From NCBI GenBank assembly GCA_018825785.1, contig JAHKAY010000007.1, positions 35,033-99,032 of the forward strand: a stretch of 64,000 bases of DNA, given 5' to 3'. Shown here piece after piece: positions 19,274-27,699 of the stretch. A model generated the notes under the pieces. The model was not told the origin of the DNA. It did not search any database and saw only the letters and a program-made list of their open reading frames with translations. Source of the DNA: Chloroflexota bacterium. Lineage in GTDB: Bacteria; Chloroflexota; Dehalococcoidia; JACVQG01; JAHKAY01. Position numbers and translations under genes: made by a program. Positions within the stretch are counted from its first letter, which is position 1, and every line of letters begins with the position of its first letter.

Positions 19274-19798
19274 TCAGTACATTTGCCAGCCTGCCAAAAG
19301 CCTCGCTGGGATGGGGGGCGGAGGCGGCTTGTCCGGCCCAAAGTGCTCAATGAGATACTCCCATAGGAGGTCCTGTTCCGCCCGCCTGCTGCCTACCCAC
19401 GGGGTCGTCGCCCATCCCACGAAGCCCGTGTCGTGGCGGGCGCGGGCACTCTCCCAGCTACTCCGGTCCTTCGCCGGCCCCGTCAGGATAAATAGCTGTA
19501 CGCCGTGACAGGAGGTGCATATCAAGAACAGGTCATCCCGCCCGGGGCCCGGCGGAAAGACCTGGGCGATATAAGCCTTCGCCTCTTCCTCAGGGCTTTG
19601 GGCCGGAGCCGGGGTAAGAGTTGAAACAGGGGTAGGAGTCGGCGTCCGGGTAGGTGTAGCTGTTGGGATAGGCGTGGGGGTTGGACTGGCAGTAGGTGCT
19701 GGCCTTGGGGTTGGGGTTGGGGTTTTGGCCCCCTTGCCACAGGCAGCCAGCAGCATCCCGCTGGTAAGCACCGCAACTAGAAACCACCGCCAATTCAC
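19274..19798 (-). CDS. Mono-heme c-type cytochrome lipoprotein with Pro/Thr-rich linker
   Basis: Signal peptide with lipobox LLAAC, (PTPT)n linker, a single CXXCH motif (CTSCH), and a poly-Pro PPPPP stretch near the C-terminus. Confidence 0.7.
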   Translation of the reverse strand: MNWRWFLVAVLTSGMLLAACGKGAKTPTPTPRPAPTASPTPTPIPTATPTRTPTPTPVSTLTPAPAQSPEEEAKAYIAQVFPPGPGRDDLFLICTSCHGVQLFILTGPAKDRSSWESARARHDTGFVGWATTPWVGSRRAEQDLLWEYLIEHFGPDKPPPPPIPARLLAGWQMY

Positions 19799-19820
19799 TC
19801 TTAGACCTCCGTGTCAAGCA

Positions 19821-20330
19821 TCAAATGTAACTTTGCCAACCTGCCAAAAGCCTCTGTGGCGGGGGCGGGGGAGGCGGCTTGTCGGGCCCAAAGTGCTGGA
19901 TGAGATACTCCCATATGGGGTCATATTCCGCCTGCCTGCCAAGCGACTGGGCCCCCTGCAGGCCGCCCGTGTCGTGGCGGTAACGGGTCATCTCCCACGC
20001 ACTCCGGTCCTTCAGCGGTCCCGCCAGGATAATTACCTGTATCCCGTGACAGACGGTGCACTTCAGGAACGCATCATCCCGCCCGGGGCCAGGCGGAAAG
20101 ACCCCGGCAAGATAGTCACGAACCTCCTGGTCAGAGCCTTGGGTAGGAGCAGTGGTAGGCGAAGCTGTCCCAGCGGGGGAAGGGGAAGGCTCCGCCACGG
20201 GCGAGGGACTAGGAGAAGGCCTCACGACGGGGGCTGGGCTGGCAGTTGGGGCCTTCACGCCTTTCGGACTGCATGCCCCCACCAGGACCCCGCTGGCGAG
20301 CCCTGCAGCCAGAAACCATCTCCACCACAC
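19821..20330 (-). CDS. Paralogous mono-heme c-type cytochrome lipoprotein
   Basis: CTVCH heme motif. The C-terminal ~100 aa are nearly colinear with the 19274-19798 product. GTG start at 20330 preceded by a GGGGGGAG RBS. Signal peptide VWWRWFLAAGLASGVLVGAC. The track ORF extends to 20465. Confidence 0.65.
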   Translation of the reverse strand: MWWRWFLAAGLASGVLVGACSPKGVKAPTASPAPVVRPSPSPSPVAEPSPSPAGTASPTTAPTQGSDQEVRDYLAGVFPPGPGRDDAFLKCTVCHGIQVIILAGPLKDRSAWEMTRYRHDTGGLQGAQSLGRQAEYDPIWEYLIQHFGPDKPPPPPPPQRLLAGWQSYI

Positions 20331-20494
20331 TCCACTCCCCCCTTTAGCCCAATACTCTTCTTCTGGTTCTTCCTGCTCCGGCACCCCTGGAGCTGGCTCA
20401 GGTATCCGCCCTTCCATCGAGCAAACGGGGACCCCCATCACCCTCTTCGGCTTCACCGACTCCACGTCCTCCCGTATCCCCTTTGATGCGTTTC

Positions 20495-20570
20495 ACTACC
20501 ATCATAGCTTGGTATCGCCCGCATGTCAATATCCCGTGTTAGGTCAGCTAAAAGGTATTATTCAGCCATC
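20495..20570 (-). promoter_or_regulatory. Promoter element copy A (TTGACA-N17-TATGAT with conserved upstream box) driving the cytochrome c gene pair
   Basis: Reverse complement of 20501-20529 is TTGACAtgcgggcgataccaagcTATGAT. About 65 bp are ~80% identical to 22015-22085. Confidence 0.6.
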
Positions 20571-20936
20571 CCTTCAAGCCTTCTCTTTTACCGGTGTAGA
20601 CCGTCAGCGGGGAGTGTTGCCGAACTCGACCTAGGGTGTGATAGGTGATATGACTAAGCGGTGGCTACCGCCGGGGCCAAGGCGAATGATCACCTTCTAG
20701 GCGAGATGCTCCGGCACCATAGTAGGCTCAGTGGACTACTGGTGAGAGAAGTAGGGCTGATGCCAAGTATGGCACCATAGCCAATTATGTGTTTCTTCAC
20801 CATGCTGGCATGGCAGCCTTTATTCCACTATTGTCATAGGGCTTGTTTCCTGTGAGCTTTCTGGAGCTGTCTTGGAGATTGCAGGAGAAGCGGAGGCTAT
20901 GTCTGGTCCCGGGCGATGGGGGAAGCAGGCTAGTTT

Positions 20937-21920
20937 CTATTCAAAACCTTCCAGGAATGCTTTTACATTCTTGCCCAGGACCTGCTGGTTGTAGCCCCCT
21001 TCCAGGACGGCAAACCTCTTGCCCCCCGAGTTTCTCTCGGCAGCCTCTTTAAGCAGCCTGCCAATTGTTGTGAAATCTTCAGTTTCCAATACTCCTGCTC
21101 CGCCCTCTTCCTTTGCCCCATCAAAGCCGGCCGATACGGCCAAGATATCGTAATCAGTTTTCCCTTTGAGAAAGTCTTCCAGGCTTTCCAGTTGTTGAGT
21201 TCTATCCTCTAACTCACTTGGCAAATCATAGAAGGTAACCCTTCCATCATCGCGAAATATGGCTTCTGTCCCATCTCCAGGATGCACATCAAAGTCCACA
21301 ATCAAGGCCCTCTCTATTTTCTTCTCATCAAGCAGTTTCGCGACCGCAATGGCGATATTATTGAGGTAGCAATGGCCATAAGAGGAATCAGCACTGGCAT
21401 GACTGCCTGGTGGCCTGATCAGAGCAAAAGTGACCTGTCCCTGCACCGCTAGCTCGGCAGCCAAGATTGCTCCCCCGGCTGCCAGGGGAGCAATCCTATA
21501 AAGCTCGCCCGTAAAGGGAGAAGCACCTCCAGCCGCACCGTGTGCGAGAACCTCGCCAGGGTCCAGAAAAGTGCGACCAATAAGCGACTGTGTATGAACT
21601 GCTCTAATATCTTCTTCTTTGGCTGGTTCGGGTTTAACGAATTCATAGAAGCCTTGAAGTTCCTGCAAGATGGCTTGAATTCGCCCTGCCTCGGCAGCCG
21701 GGTCGAAAGAATAGACCAGCAGATAATCTGGGTGAAAAATTACCTTGATTCCGGTTGCTGAAGGTGTCAAACCACCGGAGGCCCCGGCCTTTGGTGTCGG
21801 GGCAGGGGCTGCCTTTGCACTACAGGCGGCGGGCAAACTCAGGGCCAGCATCAAGGCCATTGCCCACAATAATCTATTCATAACTATACTTCGTTGATAA
21901 GCCAGCGGATGTTGTCCCAT
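20937..21920 (-). CDS. Secreted histone-deacetylase-like (arginase/deacetylase superfamily) protein with divergent active-site motifs
   Basis: Signal peptide, then IRPPGSHA (canonical RPPGHHA), GHCYLNNIAIA (canonical GFCYVNDI), DFDVHPGDGT (canonical DxDxHHGDG), and LEGGYN (GGY Tyr retained). Confidence 0.65.
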   Translation of the reverse strand: MGQHPLAYQRSIVMNRLLWAMALMLALSLPAACSAKAAPAPTPKAGASGGLTPSATGIKVIFHPDYLLVYSFDPAAEAGRIQAILQELQGFYEFVKPEPAKEEDIRAVHTQSLIGRTFLDPGEVLAHGAAGGASPFTGELYRIAPLAAGGAILAAELAVQGQVTFALIRPPGSHASADSSYGHCYLNNIAIAVAKLLDEKKIERALIVDFDVHPGDGTEAIFRDDGRVTFYDLPSELEDRTQQLESLEDFLKGKTDYDILAVSAGFDGAKEEGGAGVLETEDFTTIGRLLKEAAERNSGGKRFAVLEGGYNQQVLGKNVKAFLEGFE

Positions 21921-22014
21921 CCTCCTCCAGGAGGTGGGTGGTATCCGTGTAGATGACGGTGATATCCCCCCCTTTGTCGCCCATGAACACCCTTACCTCC
22001 CTCTGGTGGCCCCC

Positions 22015-22090
22015 AGCAGCATCATAGCTCAGTATCGCCCGTGTGTCAATACCTTGTGCCAGGTTAGTTAAAAAGTATTCTTGAGCACAC
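22015..22090 (-). promoter_or_regulatory. Promoter element copy B (TTGACA-N17-TATGAT with conserved upstream box) driving the HDAC-like gene
   Basis: Reverse complement of 22021-22049 is TTGACAcacgggcgatactgagcTATGAT. Paralogous to 20495-20570, including the upstream gtg..aggt.ag.taaaa.gtatt box. Confidence 0.6.
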
Positions 22091-22189
22091 CCCTTGCTTT
22101 CGTTGTCACGGAGAGATATAATGTAATCGGTGGACAAAGATGGTGGCGTCTATCATCGGGCGGGAACGCCTTGGCCCAGGAGGCCGCAC

Positions 22190-23968
22190 ATGAAGAGTCT
22201 AGCGAAGTGGGCAGGTTTCACCTCTATTGGCCTGCTCTTTCTGCTCCTGATTTACTCAGTTGTTCACACGGGTGCTCCAACGAGCCCTTCGAGCCCTCCC
22301 GGGCTTGCCGAAGCCGAAGTGCCCGCGCCGGTTCCAGGAGACGAAGCGCCTACGCCGGTTATATCTGACGTTTCTGAACGGCGCTCCTTTATGTATCCAG
22401 AGGGCGTAACTACATCGGCTGGTGGCGCAATTTGGATTACCGCTACCAATAATGAAGTTGTCAGGTTGCGCTCAGATAACCCTGACGTAGAGCTAAGGTT
22501 CGGCTCTCAGGGCTCGGGTGATGGCCAGTTCAACAGCCCGTTTGGCATTGTCGTTGATTCTTCGGGCGATGTCTACGTTGCAGACACTTCCAATCATCGC
22601 ATCCAGAAGTTCACCAGTTCAGGGGGGTTCATCACCAAGTGGGGCTCTCCAGGTTCCGGTGACGGTGAGGGCCAGCCCGCCTACCCGTGGAGCATCGCGG
22701 TTGACCCATCGGGCAATGTCTATGTTGCCGACGTTTTCAGTCATCAAATTCAGAAGTTGACCAGTTCGATGGAGCCCATCACCAAGTGGGGCTCTTTGGG
22801 TTCTGGTGACGGCGAGCTCAACGATCCGCGTGCCGTCGCGGTTGATTCTTCGGGCAACGTCTACATCGCGGATAGTTCCAATAATCGCATCCAGAAGTTC
22901 ACCAGTTCAGGGGAGTTCATCACCAAATGGGGCTCCGCGGGTTCCGGTAGTGGCCAGTTCAACCTTCCAGCGGGTTTGGCGGTTGATTCTTCGGGCAATG
23001 TGTATGTTGCCGATACTTTCAACAATCGCATCCAGAAGTTCACCAGTTCAGGGGAGTTCATCACCAAGTGGGGTTCTAGGGGTTCTGGTGACGGCGAGCT
23101 CAACGGTCCGCGTGGCATGGCGGTTGATTCTTCGGGCAATATCTACGCTACGGATACTTCCAATAATCGCATACAGAAGTTCACCAGTTCAGGGGAGTTC
23201 ATCACCAAGTGGGGCTCTACGGGTTCTGGTGACGGCCAGTTCATAGGCCCGTTCGGCGTTGCAGTTGATTCCTCCGACAATATCTATGTTGCCGAGGTGA
23301 GCAATAATCGCATTCAGAAGTTCACCAGTTCAGGGGGGTTCATCACCAAGTGGGGCTCTCCGGGTTCCAGTGACGGCCAGTTCAGGGGCGCAACGGGCGT
23401 GGCGGTTGATGCCTCCGGCAATGTCTATGTTGCCGACTATTTGAATAATCGCATCCAGAAGTTCACCAGTTCAGGGGGGTTCATCACCAAGCGGGGTTCT
23501 TATGGCAGCAGGGAGGGCGAGCTCAACCACCCAATGGGCTTGGCGGTTGATGCCTCAGGCAATGTCTATGTTGCCGATAGGGAGAATCATCGCATACAGA
23601 AGTTCACCAGTTCAGGGGAGTTCATCGCCAAGTGGGGTTCTATGGGTGAGGGTGACGGCGAGTTCAACCATCCAATGGGCGTTGCGGTTGATGCCTCCGG
23701 CAATGTCTATGTTGCCGATAGCTGCAATAATCGCATCCAGAAGTTCACCAGTTCAGGGGGGTTCATCGCCATCTGGGGCTCCACGGGTTTTGATTACGCC
23801 CAGTTCCTGAATCCACGGGGCGTGGCGATTGATGCCTCCGGCAATGTCTATGTTGCCGATTGGGAAAATAGGCGCGTCCAGGAGTTCACCAGTTCAGGGG
23901 TGTTCATCACCCAGTGGGGCACCCCGTTCACTATTAGCGAACTCTATAGCCTAGGTCTAATCCAGTAA
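22190..23968 (+). CDS. Secreted NHL-repeat beta-propeller protein (~11 repeats)
   Basis: ATG at 22190 after AGGAGG; signal/TM segment; repeated unit NNRIQKFTSSGEFITKWGS.GSGDGQF..P.GVAVDSSGNVYVAD is a typical NHL repeat. Confidence 0.8.
   Translation: MKSLAKWAGFTSIGLLFLLLIYSVVHTGAPTSPSSPPGLAEAEVPAPVPGDEAPTPVISDVSERRSFMYPEGVTTSAGGAIWITATNNEVVRLRSDNPDVELRFGSQGSGDGQFNSPFGIVVDSSGDVYVADTSNHRIQKFTSSGGFITKWGSPGSGDGEGQPAYPWSIAVDPSGNVYVADVFSHQIQKLTSSMEPITKWGSLGSGDGELNDPRAVAVDSSGNVYIADSSNNRIQKFTSSGEFITKWGSAGSGSGQFNLPAGLAVDSSGNVYVADTFNNRIQKFTSSGEFITKWGSRGSGDGELNGPRGMAVDSSGNIYATDTSNNRIQKFTSSGEFITKWGSTGSGDGQFIGPFGVAVDSSDNIYVAEVSNNRIQKFTSSGGFITKWGSPGSSDGQFRGATGVAVDASGNVYVADYLNNRIQKFTSSGGFITKRGSYGSREGELNHPMGLAVDASGNVYVADRENHRIQKFTSSGEFIAKWGSMGEGDGEFNHPMGVAVDASGNVYVADSCNNRIQKFTSSGGFIAIWGSTGFDYAQFLNPRGVAIDASGNVYVADWENRRVQEFTSSGVFITQWGTPFTISELYSLGLIQ
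22560..23900 (+). repeat. Approximately 126-bp in-frame tandem repeats (NHL repeat units) with high DNA-level identity
   Basis: Recurrent strings such as aatcgcatccagaagttcaccagttcagggg(a/g)gttcatcaccaagtggggctct at roughly 126-bp spacing. Confidence 0.8.
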
Positions 23969-24011
23969 CATGAGCTCGGCGGGCGTCGCACGGGCGAAAA
24001 AGGAGAGTGAA

Positions 24012-25550
24012 ATGCGCCGGACACTATTGCGAACTGCGTTTACATTGGCCTTGTTCCTCTCGATGGTGACGTGTGGAGCACCCCAAGCTACCCCAACCCC
24101 TGCTGTGTCACCTGCGCCAACCCCCACTTCTGCACCCGGACCAATCACAGTTCCTAAAGCTGTCGCAATCCCCGTAAGCGTCGTCTGGGCCCGCCAGTTC
24201 GGCACACCGGATGAAGACCGCGCCCAGGGCGTGGCGCTGGACAGCGCACGGAACATCTACATCGCGGGCGATACCCTTGGTAGCCTGCCAGGCCAGACCT
24301 CAGCGGGGAGCTGGGATACCTTCGTGCGCAAGTATGACCCCAATGGCAAGGAGATATGGACCCGCCAGTTCGGCACACCGGATGAAGACCGCGCCCAGGG
24401 CGTGGCGCTGGACAGCGCAGGGAACTTCTACATTGTGGGCGAGACAGGTGGGAGCCTGCCGGGGCAGGCATCGGCAGGCAAGTCGGACGCCTTTGTGCGC
24501 AAGTATGACCCCAATGGCAAGGAGATATGGACCCGCCAGTTCGGCACATCCGATGTAGACACGGCCGCGGGTGTGGCGGTGGACAGCGCAGGGAACATCT
24601 ACATCGTGGGCGAGACAGGTGGGAGCCTGCCGGGGCAGGCATCGGCAGGCAAGTCGGACGCCTTCGTGCGCAAGTATGACCCCAATGGCAAGGAGATATG
24701 GACCCGCCAGTTCGGCACATCCGATGTGGACACGGCCGCGGGTGTGGCGGTGGACAGCACAGGGAACTTCTACATTGTGGGCGATACCCTTGGTAGCCTG
24801 CCAGGCCAGACCTCAGCGGGCAGCTACGACGCCTTCGTGCGCAAGTATGACCCCAATGGCAAGGAGATATGGACCCGCCAGTTCGGCACACCGCTCCCCG
24901 ATGTAGACACGGCCACGGGTGTAGCGGTGGACAGCACAGGGAACGTCTACATCGCGGGCACTGTGTATGGGAGCCTGCCCCGGCAGGCCGCGTTGGGCAT
25001 GTGGGATGCCTTTGTGCGCAAGTATGACCCTGATGGCAAGGAGATATGGACCCGCCAGTTCGGCAGCTCGGTCACGGATAATGCCCGGGGCGTGGCGCTG
25101 GACAGCGCAGGGAACATCTACATCGCGGGCGATACAAATGGGACCCTGCGGGGGCAGGCCTCGGCGGGGAAAACGGACGCTATTCTGCTTCTGGCAGGAA
25201 CGAGTCCTGCTCCGAGTGTGCCTCTGGATCCTTCGGACACAACAGCGCCTGTGGTTACCTGGGTCGGGTATTTCGGACGCGAATGGGAAACTGCAAGCAT
25301 TGCTTGGAAGACCAACGAGCCAACTATCGGCCGAGTAGAATATTGCATATGGAATGGCCCGACCCCCGAATATGAGATGATTACTGATTGGACTGAGGAG
25401 CCAGATACCACCGGCGCTGTTACCCTGACAGAGCTTGAATGGTGGGTCACGTATCAGTACAGAGTGAGGGTGAAAGACGCTGGAGGAAACGAAGCAGTAT
25501 CCGAAAATAAGAGTTTCTACACTTACATCCACGGATTCGTGAACCCCTAG
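24012..25550 (+). CDS. Secreted lipoprotein with ~7 SBBP-type beta-propeller repeats and a C-terminal FN3/PAP-N-like domain
   Basis: ATG 24012 after AAAGGAGAG; lipobox LSMVTCG; repeated ~60-aa unit WTRQFGT.D.D.A.GVA.DS.GN.YI.G.T.GSLPGQ.SAG..DAFVRKYDPNGKEI; C-terminal WNGPTPEYEM...YQYRVRVKDAGGNE. Confidence 0.75.
   Translation: MRRTLLRTAFTLALFLSMVTCGAPQATPTPAVSPAPTPTSAPGPITVPKAVAIPVSVVWARQFGTPDEDRAQGVALDSARNIYIAGDTLGSLPGQTSAGSWDTFVRKYDPNGKEIWTRQFGTPDEDRAQGVALDSAGNFYIVGETGGSLPGQASAGKSDAFVRKYDPNGKEIWTRQFGTSDVDTAAGVAVDSAGNIYIVGETGGSLPGQASAGKSDAFVRKYDPNGKEIWTRQFGTSDVDTAAGVAVDSTGNFYIVGDTLGSLPGQTSAGSYDAFVRKYDPNGKEIWTRQFGTPLPDVDTATGVAVDSTGNVYIAGTVYGSLPRQAALGMWDAFVRKYDPDGKEIWTRQFGSSVTDNARGVALDSAGNIYIAGDTNGTLRGQASAGKTDAILLLAGTSPAPSVPLDPSDTTAPVVTWVGYFGREWETASIAWKTNEPTIGRVEYCIWNGPTPEYEMITDWTEEPDTTGAVTLTELEWWVTYQYRVRVKDAGGNEAVSENKSFYTYIHGFVNP
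24170..25150 (+). repeat. Approximately 180-bp in-frame tandem repeats (SBBP units), several copies near-identical at DNA level
   Basis: For example gtgcgcaagtatgaccccaatggcaaggagatatggacccgccagttcggcaca recurs 6 times. Confidence 0.8.
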
Positions 25551-25737
25551 CAGGGTGTTGAAAAAGTCCGACTTCTGTTCGCTCCAGCTTTGGCCGACTG
25601 AGGAGCGCTGAATTTGGCTGCTGAGAGGGGCTCCCAACCCCAGCAGTGGGTTGGGAGCCCCTTGCTGTTGGGGGTCGGGGGCCCCCTTTTTGAGCCTCTA
25701 GGATTCGCCCTTGATGTTGACGTAGGTAGCTGGCTTG

Positions 25738-26094
25738 TCAGCGAAGCCGCAGGAGCGCGTAGAGCAGCAGGGTCAGGGATACCCCTGCCACACCGGCCAT
25801 CAGGTCATTGAAAGACGAGGACCGATAGGGGAGGAGCTTCTGGGCAGCCTCTGAGGACACTGCCAGGAAAAGCCCGAATATCAGCCCGAACAGGATTCGC
25901 ATTCTCATGGGTTTAAGGAAGTCGGCGCTATAGGCTGCCACGAGGCCGGTAATCCCAAAAAGACCAAAATGGGCAACCTTATCCCAGTGGCTGAAGGCTC
26001 CAGCGGTGGGCAAGCCAACATCTCCGACAGGGCCAAGGAGCAGCCCGAGAAGGAAGAGAGTCCACAGGCCAAGGAGGACCATCTTTCGTTTCAT
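25738..26094 (-). CDS. VanZ-like family membrane protein
   Basis: MKRKMVLLGLWTLFLLGLLLGP...WDKVAHFGLFGITGLV...; ATG at 26094 overlaps the metF stop (ATGA). The track ORF has a spurious 71-codon 5' extension. Confidence 0.65.
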   Translation of the reverse strand: MKRKMVLLGLWTLFLLGLLLGPVGDVGLPTAGAFSHWDKVAHFGLFGITGLVAAYSADFLKPMRMRILFGLIFGLFLAVSSEAAQKLLPYRSSSFNDLMAGVAGVSLTLLLYALLRLR

Positions 26095-27020
26095 GAGGGC
26101 CTGACTTCTGGCCGGGGGTAGAGGCCGGACTTTTCCACCAGAGTGGGGACTGCTTCCTCCTCCCAGCCCACCGCCATGATGTGGATTCCGTGGACGCCGG
26201 GGACCTGCCTTAGCTGCTCTATGTCCTCCAGGGCAATCTCTATCCCCTCCTCCTTGGCGACCTTGGCCCCCTTCATCCGCTCCACAACCTGGTCGGGCAC
26301 AAAGCACCCAGGGACGGAGCTCTGCATATATCGGGCCATACCTGCCGAACGGAGGGGGATGATGCCCGCCAGGATATGGACCTGTTTGTCCAGGCCCCTC
26401 TCCCGGACCATCTCCATAAACCGGGCGAACTTGGGTATATTGTAGACCGCCTGGGTCTGGATGAACTGGGCCCCCGCCTTCACCTTTTTGGCCAGGCGGA
26501 CCGCCCTGAACTCAAAGGGGTCGGCGAAGGGGTTCTCCGCCGCCCCGATGAATATGGGCACCTCCCCCGAGATGTCATCGCCGCAGAGGAACTTTTTCTC
26601 GTCCCGCATCTTCTTGAGGGCAGCGATGAGCTGGATGGAGTCCAGGTCAAAGACATTCTTGGCCGTGGGGTGGTTGCCGAACATCTGGTGGTCCCCGCTA
26701 AGGCAGAGGAAGTTGCGGATGCCCAGGGCTATGGCCCCCAGGACATCGCTCTGGATGGCGATGCGGTTCCTGTCCCGGCAGACAATCTGCATAACCGTCT
26801 CCACTCCCACCTGGCGGAGGAGGGCACACCCCGCCAGGCTGGAGAGGCGGACGATGGCGGTCTGGTTATCGGTGACATTCAGGGCATCGCAGTAGTCCTT
26901 TAGGCGGGTGCCCTTCCTGGTGACCAGGACGGGGTCGGTCCCCTTGGGCGGGCCCACCTCAGAGGTGACGGCGAATTGCCCCGCCTCCAGCACCCGTTGG
27001 AGCCTGCTTACAGGTTCCAT
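26091..27020 (-). CDS. metF: Methylenetetrahydrofolate reductase (MetF; MTHFR catalytic subunit)
   Basis: 309 aa matching the MTHFR fold. Followed by a metV-like gene, as in MetFV-type MTHFRs. Confidence 0.8.
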   Translation of the reverse strand: MEPVSRLQRVLEAGQFAVTSEVGPPKGTDPVLVTRKGTRLKDYCDALNVTDNQTAIVRLSSLAGCALLRQVGVETVMQIVCRDRNRIAIQSDVLGAIALGIRNFLCLSGDHQMFGNHPTAKNVFDLDSIQLIAALKKMRDEKKFLCGDDISGEVPIFIGAAENPFADPFEFRAVRLAKKVKAGAQFIQTQAVYNIPKFARFMEMVRERGLDKQVHILAGIIPLRSAGMARYMQSSVPGCFVPDQVVERMKGAKVAKEEGIEIALEDIEQLRQVPGVHGIHIMAVGWEEEAVPTLVEKSGLYPRPEVRPS

Positions 27021-27021
27021 C

Positions 27022-27699
27022 CTATTTCTCCTTCAGTTGCAGGTCCTGCCGGACGAAGCTCCGGGGGCCCAGGGCTTCGTTGGACTTCCAGTCCCGGACA
27101 GGTATCAGCTCCTCCAGGCTGGCCAGCTGGCCCAAGCGGGCCAGCCTATCGTATATCATCTGCCAGATGCAGGGGATGTCGGGGGAAATTTCACAGTGGC
27201 CCTCGCAGGAGCCGCCGCAGGGGCCATTGAAGAGGTGCTTGGCACAGCGGGCGATGGGGCAGAGACCGCCGGTGAGGTGGATGATGCAGTCCCCGCAGGC
27301 CACGCACCTTTCAGCGAAGACCCCCAGCTCCCGGGGGAGGCCCAGGAACATGGTATCATTGCCGGGGAGAACCGGCTTCTCGGGGAACATCTCGGCCACA
27401 AAATTCATCCCCACGCCGCAGGCCAGAGAGAGGACCGCGTCATGGCCCTGGATTAGCTCCCGGGCCTCCTCCACAAATTCCCTCTCGCACTGCCGCTTCA
27501 CCACAAATTCCCCGAGCTCTTTTTGCTGACCGTTGAGCCGGCTTTGCAGGCGGAGGGTGGAGGCCAGGGTGGCCACCTCCTTTTCTCCCCCAGCCAGGCA
27601 GATTGCAGAGCAAGTATTGCAGCCCAGTACCAGGACCCGGGAGAAGGGGGCAACCATCGGGGCGATATCCTTCATGGGCTTCTGACGGGCCTTTATCAT
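27022..27699 (-). CDS. metV: MTHFR C-terminal-domain protein MetV (Cys-rich Fe-S/zinc subunit)
   Basis: 225 aa, Cys-rich (CNTCSAICLAGG..., CVACGDCIIHLTGGLCPIARC..., CGGSCEGHC). 1-nt gap to metF. Confidence 0.75.
   Translation of the reverse strand: MIKARQKPMKDIAPMVAPFSRVLVLGCNTCSAICLAGGEKEVATLASTLRLQSRLNGQQKELGEFVVKRQCEREFVEEARELIQGHDAVLSLACGVGMNFVAEMFPEKPVLPGNDTMFLGLPRELGVFAERCVACGDCIIHLTGGLCPIARCAKHLFNGPCGGSCEGHCEISPDIPCIWQMIYDRLARLGQLASLEELIPVRDWKSNEALGPRSFVRQDLQLKEK

Noticed and set aside
19131-19508. 125-aa plus-strand ORF
   Set aside because: It overlaps the minus-strand cytochrome c lipoprotein gene and has no RBS. It is spurious.
20580-20940. Possible tRNA or small structured RNA in the ~400-bp lower-GC intergenic stretch upstream of promoter element A
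   Set aside because: There is no T-arm (GGTTCGAATCC-like) or cloverleaf that I can see, and no promoter or terminator pair. It is left as unexplained non-coding DNA, not called.
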